From Mycoplasma mobile 163K (lineage in GTDB: Bacteria > Bacillota_I > Bacilli_A > Mycoplasmatales > Metamycoplasmataceae): a stretch of DNA of 32,000 nucleotides. Below the pieces are notes generated by a model. That model saw only the letters and a list, made by a program, of their open reading frames with translations, was not told the origin of the DNA and ran no database searches. Positions 23,408-32,000 of the stretch are shown here, in pieces (position 1 is the stretch's first letter; every line of letters begins with the position of its first letter). The stretch lies in the NCBI RefSeq assembly GCF_000008365.1, contig NC_006908.1, forward strand, positions 360,001-392,000, given 5' to 3'. The translations under genes were made by a program, and so were the position numbers.

Positions 23408-26284
23408 ATGAAAAAAGAAAAAAGTAGTCCAGATCTAAATAAAATGGAAAACTATTTTTTAAAAATTAATTCACATAAAACTGATAACAAACTTATTTCT
23501 ATATCAATTTTTATAGAAGAAAATAATCATTTTACATCATTATTCTTTAAGAATGAATTTAGCAATATCTTTTATTTTATTCCAGGTAAAATAGGTGTTT
23601 TTAAAATTGAGGCAAAATCTAAATTAAATAATATTGTAAATTTTTTAACAGAAATAACAGTTTTTAATAATAGTTCAATTTTAAGTTTTGACATGAAACT
23701 TTCCAATTTAAATTTATTAGTTGAATTTTCAATAAAAAATGAATTGCATTTTTTATACGGTAATAAAGAAATTGAAAAAATAAATATTAATAATTCTCTC
23801 CCTGATATGAAATGATTGCAATTTAAAGTTTATGATAGTAAAAGGTTTTTGTTAGAGAGTTTTTTGAGTGTATCAAATATTGAAATTATTTCAGAATCTA
23901 ATGAATTTATTTTATTCAATATTACTTTAAAAAGTAAAGAAAATATTGAAAGCAATAACATTTACTTTAAAAATATTAAAGATGCAAAAGAAATGATTCA
24001 ACTTTTTAAAAATTTAACAAAAGTTTCATTTACAAAAAGTGAGATTAGAAATATCCTTGAAAAGTATGAAAATTTATACAATAATTTGAAAAATGTAAAA
24101 TTGGACAATTTCGATCTAAATACTAATTTTCTTAAACAATTTAAGGAAAAATCATCTTGTACAAAAAGATTAGAACTTTATTATGACGTTACACTTCAAA
24201 AAATTATTGTAAAAGTTGCAACAAAACATTTAAATGAATACAAATATTTAAACGAATCATCACTAATTAAAAATGATTTAGATCTAAATAAAAATTTAGA
24301 AGATAAGTGTGATGAAAGTGAATTTTTAAATAGTGTTTTATCATTTTTAGATTCTTTTGATAATATCAAAAAACAAGGTTATATAAATTCTAAAGAAAAA
24401 TATTTCAAATTAAAAGCTCTTATTAAAAGATGAAAATCACTTGATGATTATGAAATATATATTGATGAATCATTTGAAACAAAAGATAATCAATCTAAAT
24501 TCAGTATAAATAGCTTAGAATTAAAAAATAATTTACTAGAAATGAGTTTATCTTTGCCACTTTTATCCAATGAAGAAGTAGTTGAAGCTATTAGATCATA
24601 TTTGAATAAAGATGAGTTTTTTGAAACTAAAGATAATAGATTGATTAATTTGAAAAATATTGACTTTGAAAATTTAGAAGAAGACTTTAAAAAAATAAAC
24701 TTAAATATATATTCTTTATTATCAAAAAATGAAAACAATTTTTATTTGAATTTCCACAATAGTTATTATTTATTAGATTTTATAGAAAATTCTAATCAGC
24801 CAAATTCAATTGACCTGGCTAAAAAGTTAAAAAATATTATAAAAAATGCTGAAACAGAAGTTAAAAAATTAAAAATAAATGATGATTTAAAAACCAAACT
24901 TCATGATTATCAATTTGAAGGTGTTAAATGATTCAAAAAAATGATTGCATTGAATATGGGTGGAATTCTAGCGGATGAAATGGGTCTAGGAAAAACTATT
25001 CAAACAATTGCTCTTTTAGATAATTTATATAATTACGAAAACATCAAAAAACCTTCAATTGTAATTTGTCCTAGTTCTTTAATTTACAATTGAAAAAATG
25101 AATTTAAAAAATTTAGTGAAAAATTGAAAATCGTTGTAATTGATGGTAAAAAGAATTTGAGAACGAAATTAATTAATGATAATAGAGATAATAATATTAT
25201 TTTTATTACTTCATATCATCAATTTGCAAGGGACTCAAAAGAATTTGAAAATGTTGAATTTTATTGTTCTTTTGCAGACGAGGGTCAAATGATAAAAAAT
25301 TATTTGACAAAATTTACAAAAGAAATAAAAAAAATTAATTCAAAATATAGATTCGCTCTTTCAGGTACACCATTAGAAAATAATCTTCTAGAATTATGAA
25401 GTATTTTTGATTTTATTTTACCTAATTACTTGCTATCAAAAAACGCATACAAAAGAGTCTTTTATAAACCTTTTTTAGAGGGTAATACAAAGCATTTATT
25501 AGCAAAGATTAATCCATTCATTTTGAGAAGATTGAAATCTGAAGTTTTAGATTCTTTATCAGATAAGGAAATTAAAGTAATAAAAATCAAGCAAAAAAGT
25601 GATGAAAAGACTTTTTACCAAAAAGAATTAAGCAAAATTAAATACTCTTTAGATATTTTGAAAAATAATTCTTCTTTAACGACAAATAACAAACACTTAA
25701 TTGTTCTTAAAGCAATTAATCATTTAAAAATTATAGCTTCTTCTCCATTTGTGAAAAGCGATAAGTTTGATACAAGCGAAAAATTAAATTATTGTATAAA
25801 TTTAATTAAATCAATTAAATTACTAAAACAAAAAGTTTTAATTTTCACACAATTTACAAAAAATATCCCATTTTTTGAAAAAAATTTTATTAAAAGCAAT
25901 ATTAAATATGACATTATAAGCGGAAAAACAAATAAAAAAGAAAGATTTAAAATAACTGAATATTTTAACGAAAGTAGTGATATTGATGTTTTGATTATTT
26001 CTTTAAGAGCAGGTTCATTAGGTTTAAATTTAACAAGCGCAAACAATGTTATTTTGTATGATATTTGATGAAATCAATCTGTTGAAAGTCAAGCAATTGA
26101 CAGAGTGCATAGAATAGGTCAAAAACGAGGTGTAAACGTTTTCAAATTAATTATGAAAGACACAATTGAAGAAAAAGTTTTCGAATTACAAAGTCAAAAG
26201 CAAAAAATTATTGACATTGTACTCGAAAACTCACTTGAAACCAAGAATATTGATTTAGATTTTTTATTTAATTTATTAGAATAA
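23408..26284 (+). CDS. SNF2-family DNA/RNA helicase with a long N-terminal accessory region (YwqA / MG018-like)
   Basis: Six track fragments (23408, 23816, 24542, 25124, 25430 and the tail) share one frame and are joined by TGA (958 aa, TAA at 26284). Motifs present: [95 protein letters not shown]. Confidence 0.9.
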
Positions 26285-26288
26285 CTTT

Positions 26289-26546
26289 TTAATATACAAA
26301 ATAAATAGGTGGTTTTGTAGAAACATTATTTTTCTTGGAATCATCAATTGGATCAGGGTTTTCAAATTTTACAGTTGTGTCTTTTGTTTTTAATTCTCCT
26401 GAATTACTTTGAGATAATTTAATAGAACCTACAATGGAAATGACTGAAGTAGTAAGCAATGGAATTAAAGCAATAAGAGCTGTAAAGAATCCTCCACCAT
26501 AAATTTTCTTTTGTGAATTTAAGTCCAATTCTTTGAAATTTTTCAT
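26289..26546 (-). CDS. small exported/membrane peptide (85 aa) with a double-glycine (class II bacteriocin / peptide-pheromone type) leader-like N-terminus
   Basis: A strong RBS is present (AAAGGAGGAcaatATG), and the stop is TAA at 26289. The N-terminus MKNFKELDLNSQKKIYGG is followed by G-FFTALIALIPLLTTSVISIVGSI (hydrophobic helix) and a polar tail. The gene lies 32 nt downstream of metG on the same strand. Confidence 0.65.
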   Translation of the reverse strand: MKNFKELDLNSQKKIYGGGFFTALIALIPLLTTSVISIVGSIKLSQSNSGELKTKDTTVKFENPDPIDDSKKNNVSTKPPIYFVY

Positions 26547-26578
26547 ATTGTCCTCCTTTCACTATTAAATAACTTGAA

Positions 26579-28108
<1,530 letters not shown>

Positions 28109-28141
28109 AATCTTCCTTTAATTTTTAATTATATATTTTAA

Positions 28142-31100
28142 CTAAAAAATTTTAACAAAACCATTGTCTAAAGTAATTACAATATGAATTGAATTAGAAA
28201 TTTTTGTAACATTAATTGTTTTAATATGTTCATAAGTAAAATTTTCATCGAATAAAAACAATTTTAAATTGTTTTCTCTTAAAGAAATTTCACTAAAAAC
28301 AAATCCATTATCAATTGATAAATTAAAATTCTTCCCAAATGAATCAGAATTAATTAACGCAACAAAAGACTTATTAAAACTAGCAATTTTTTCATTTTCT
28401 AAATAATCAGTAATATTTGTAAAAGTATGGAATCCTAAATCATTTTTTAAAGAAATTTTGATACTTACACTATGATCTGAAAAATTAGGTATGATTTGAA
28501 TCTGATCAATGTCATTAAGAGAAATGTTATTAGCAAAAGCAATTCTAAGATTATTTTTATCTAAATCATCTTGACTAATAAAACCTTGATCATTTTTTAA
28601 AATAGTAATTATTTCATTTGGATAAAAACTCTTATTTATTGTTGCAACAAAAGAATTTCTTAAATTCACTAATTTATTTGATTCAATTTTTAAAAATCCT
28701 GAAACATCATTAAATCTAATAATGATGTTGTCAATTTTCAATCTTATTGATATAAAAGCATTGGAAGAATTATTTATTGGACTTATACTTATAGATTCAA
28801 TATCATTAATTGATGCTCCTATTGCAAGATTTAACATAATTCCAAGCTCATCTAATTGTGTTTGAGTTATATTTTGATTTCCATTTAAAATTCAAATTGT
28901 TTTACTGGATGTTAAAATTTTAGTATTATTACCTAAAATACTTGAAGCATTCCAGCTGCCCAAAATAGAGTTTTTCCTAAAACCCAAAACATTATTAAAT
29001 GTTTTGGTGTAGTTTAAATCTTTTAATGAAATATTAATTGTAGGATTTCCAAAAATAGTATTCATTATTTCTATTTTACTAAAATGAGATAAATTTAAAA
29101 AATCATTAAATTTCAAATTAAGACCAATACTATTTAATTGTTCGATTGTAATATTAGTATTTCCAATTGTTGTATTTGGAACAATGATAATATTTTTAGC
29201 TATTTTTAAATTATTTCCGGAAATTTCAATATCATCTAAAGCTTTGATTAAATCATGAGTTTTAAATCCAGAAACAGAAAGATTTTTTTCAATGCCATTT
29301 TTAAAAATTATTAAAACACTGGCAATGCCTAAATCAAAATTATTTGGATTAATTTTGATTTCACTAATATCTTTTAATAATATTGGATTTGAAATTCTTA
29401 AATTTTGAAATGATAAATCATCAAATGTTATTAATTTTTCTTTAGTACTTTGAATAATTATTTCTTGTTTAACTAATGGAATATTTGAATTTATTGTTGT
29501 AAGTCTTAAAGATTGTAAATTTATTGCAAATTCATCTCTTTTAAAACCAATTACATTTAATTTTTTTGATAAACCATTTTTAAAATAAATAAGTACACTT
29601 GCGCTTCCAAAAATGGATGAAGAATCAATTTTGATGACTTCAATGTCTTTAAGACTTAAAATAGAATCGTTCATAAAATTTATTTCTAGTCCAGCATTTG
29701 CTAATTGAATTTCTGTAATAGAATTTTGATTTTCTAAAATAAAAATGTAAGTATCTTTTGGAAAAACTGTACTTAAAGCTCTAATTTCCATTTTATTAAT
29801 TTCATTTAAAGTAGTTGCAAAACCTGAAAGAAAAATTGTTCTTGATAAACCATTTTTTAATTTAATTTCTAAACTAGCAAATTGCTCTTGAAAAAGATCT
29901 TGTTTTAATTCAATCGAAAGAATTGAAGATCAGTTTAAAATATTATCTAAATTATCTAAGGTTGAAATTTCTAAACCTATTTGATTATTTAATCAATTTT
30001 TATTTTCTTCAAAATTATCAGAAGCAATTAAATAAGTATTTTTTGAAATTGTTTGAGGCAAGACATTAATATTTAACCTATTTAATGAATTTTCTAAATT
30101 AGTTTTAAATAATAAATCATTAAAAGTTTTATTCACATCAGAATTTTTTAATTGAATTTGAACATTAATGAAAATTCTATTCACATCTAATTTATTAATT
30201 GTTTGAGAATGAAAAAATCTAATAAATAAAACATCTTCAAGACTCACAATTTCATTAAAATCTATTTCAATTCCTGCATTTGATAGTTGTTCTTTTGTAA
30301 TGTGAAAAGTGTTATTTTTAGGAATAATTAATTCTAATTTATCTAAAGTTGATTCATTAATAGATCTTATTTTCAACCTATCTATCCCAACAAATAATGG
30401 ATTGATAAAAAATCCATTAACATTGTTAAAAGTTTTTGTTAAATTTAGAATTTTTGATCTTATTTCAATTTTTCCAACAAAACCTAATCTTTTATTTGAA
30501 TTTTCAAATTTAATGCTTGAAATTCCAATTTTTTTTAATATTGATTCATCATCAATAGTGTTTAAAGAAATGCCGATTTCTTGCAATTGTTTTGAATTAA
30601 TAAAATCTGATCCGTTTTCAGGAATTATCAAAATATCTATTGCTTCTTTTGATTTATCAATTTTTAAAATAAGATTTTCAAAAATATCTTTTAATGTTTG
30701 ACTCGCAAATCCTGAAATGATAAATGTTTTACTTTTATCATTAAAAATAAGAATTTCAACACTAATTGAGCCATTTTCATTGTTTGAAATTTCAATTTTT
30801 TCAAGATCTTCAAAAGAAAGTTTTTCTATAAAATTGAAATTAATATTAAGGTGTTTTATTTTTTCGATTGAAGGTTTAAAAATAGTTTGCTTTAAAGGTG
30901 CAAAACTATTTGGTAAAATTTCAAAAGTTGTGTACTGAAGTAAATCAAATTTTGTTCCTTTTTTAAATTCGAAATACCTTCTAGTAAAAGAACCTAAATT
31001 ATTTTTTAAAGTAATTTCTATTTCTGCACTACCTTCTGTTATATTGGTATTTTTAATTTCAATAAAATCAATTAAACTAAATAAATTTTCATCAATATTT

Positions 31101-32000
31101 TCAAGTCTAATACCATAATTAATTTTCAAGTGTTCTTGATTGACAAGTTCATTTTCAATTAATATGTCATTTTTTTTAAGAACAAAAATTGATTCATTTT
31201 TTAAAACAAGTTTTTCAAGTCTTGTTAATTCATCAGATTTTTGAAAACCACTAAGATTTATTTTATGAATAAAAGTATGATTTGAAAGAAGTGTATTTTT
31301 AAATGTCAAAATAACTGTTGTGCTTCCTTGATTTTCATTTGAATTTTTAAATTCTAAGTTTGTAATACTTTTAATTGAAATGGGGTGTTGCAAAGAAAGA
31401 CTTATCCCTTTTTGTTTTAAAAATTGCTCATCAAAATGGCCATTATTGAATTCTGAAAAATCTTTTACAATTAAATTTTCATTTGGAGTAATAATTATTT
31501 CTGAAATCAATTGATTCAATTCATTAATACTTATATTGTTTCTAAAATTTGATATACATATTTCAAAATTTTCAAATTGATTTAAATAACTTAAATTTAC
31601 ATTTATTTTTAAAGTTCCTTCTTTATCATTAGGTATAAAATTTGTAAAAATATATGAAACATCTTGTTCATTTAAGTTCAAAAAATTTTTAATTAAAGTA
31701 GTAATATCTGAATTTTTTTCAATGATAGAAGGTAATGTTTCACTTAATAATCCACTAACTTGCAATTCAAGTTTTTCACTTTTATTTAATAAAGTTTGTT
31801 TTGTGTTTTCAAAATATTTTTTTGTAGTTAAAAAGTTTTTCAATGATAATTCCATTGGATTATTTGAAATTGAAAATTTTTCATTCTTATATAAAATCCA
31901 AGCTCTTATTTTTAAAGTTCCTTCTATAAAATCTGAACTATTTTCAATATATTCAAAAGAATAAGTAAAATCTTTTTGCATTTTTGGTAAACTTAAAATT
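28142..32000 (-). CDS. giant modular repeat protein (at least 1286 aa in window), probably surface-exposed; 5' end probably beyond the window
   Basis: Track ORFs 29993..31981, 28892..29791 and 28142..28837 share one frame (2 mod 3). They are joined by in-frame TGA at 29993, 29930 and 28892, and the true stop is TAG at 28142. The frame stays open from 31981 to the window edge, so the start is either ATG 31981 or lies outside. The protein contains about 12 tandem modules of about 95 aa and two N-proximal EGTLKI-type modules. Confidence 0.75.

Overview
This is a very AT-rich Mollicutes (Mycoplasma-type) chromosomal segment that uses genetic code 4 (TGA = Trp). The supplied standard-code ORF track is therefore heavily fragmented, and I merged same-frame fragments across in-frame TGA codons. 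After merging, the window is almost fully coding with 25 CDS, mostly on the minus strand. No rRNA, tRNA, CRISPR array or recognisable mobile element was seen.

Gene order from left to right:
- glyQS (partial).
- The glpO-glpK-glpF glycerol/H2O2 operon.
- A tightly coupled seven-gene F1-like ATPase cluster: 12-TM protein, unknown protein, gamma-like, epsilon-like, 3-TM protein, alpha-like, beta-like. It matches the mycoplasma-specific 'F1-like X0' Type 2/3 ATPase architecture.
- A degenerate YfcE-like phosphoesterase, then rplU-rpmA.
- A long minus-strand operon: pncB, two paralogous tandem-repeat proteins, metK, a YqaJ-like nuclease, a DUF2779 nuclease-like protein and an unknown protein.
- A SNF2-family helicase on the plus strand.
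- A minus-strand unit: a giant modular repeat protein (5' end probably outside the window), metG, and an 85-aa peptide with a double-glycine bacteriocin-type leader.

Most interesting items:
- The F1-like X0 ATPase cluster. It has been described in the literature, but its coupling ion/substrate and function are unresolved.
- The translationally coupled metK-linked nuclease trio.
- The two repeat proteins without signal peptides, including 6.5 apparently identical 96-bp units.
- The GG-leader peptide gene.
- The roughly 12-module giant protein.

All functional calls rest on by-eye motif recognition. No database search was possible.
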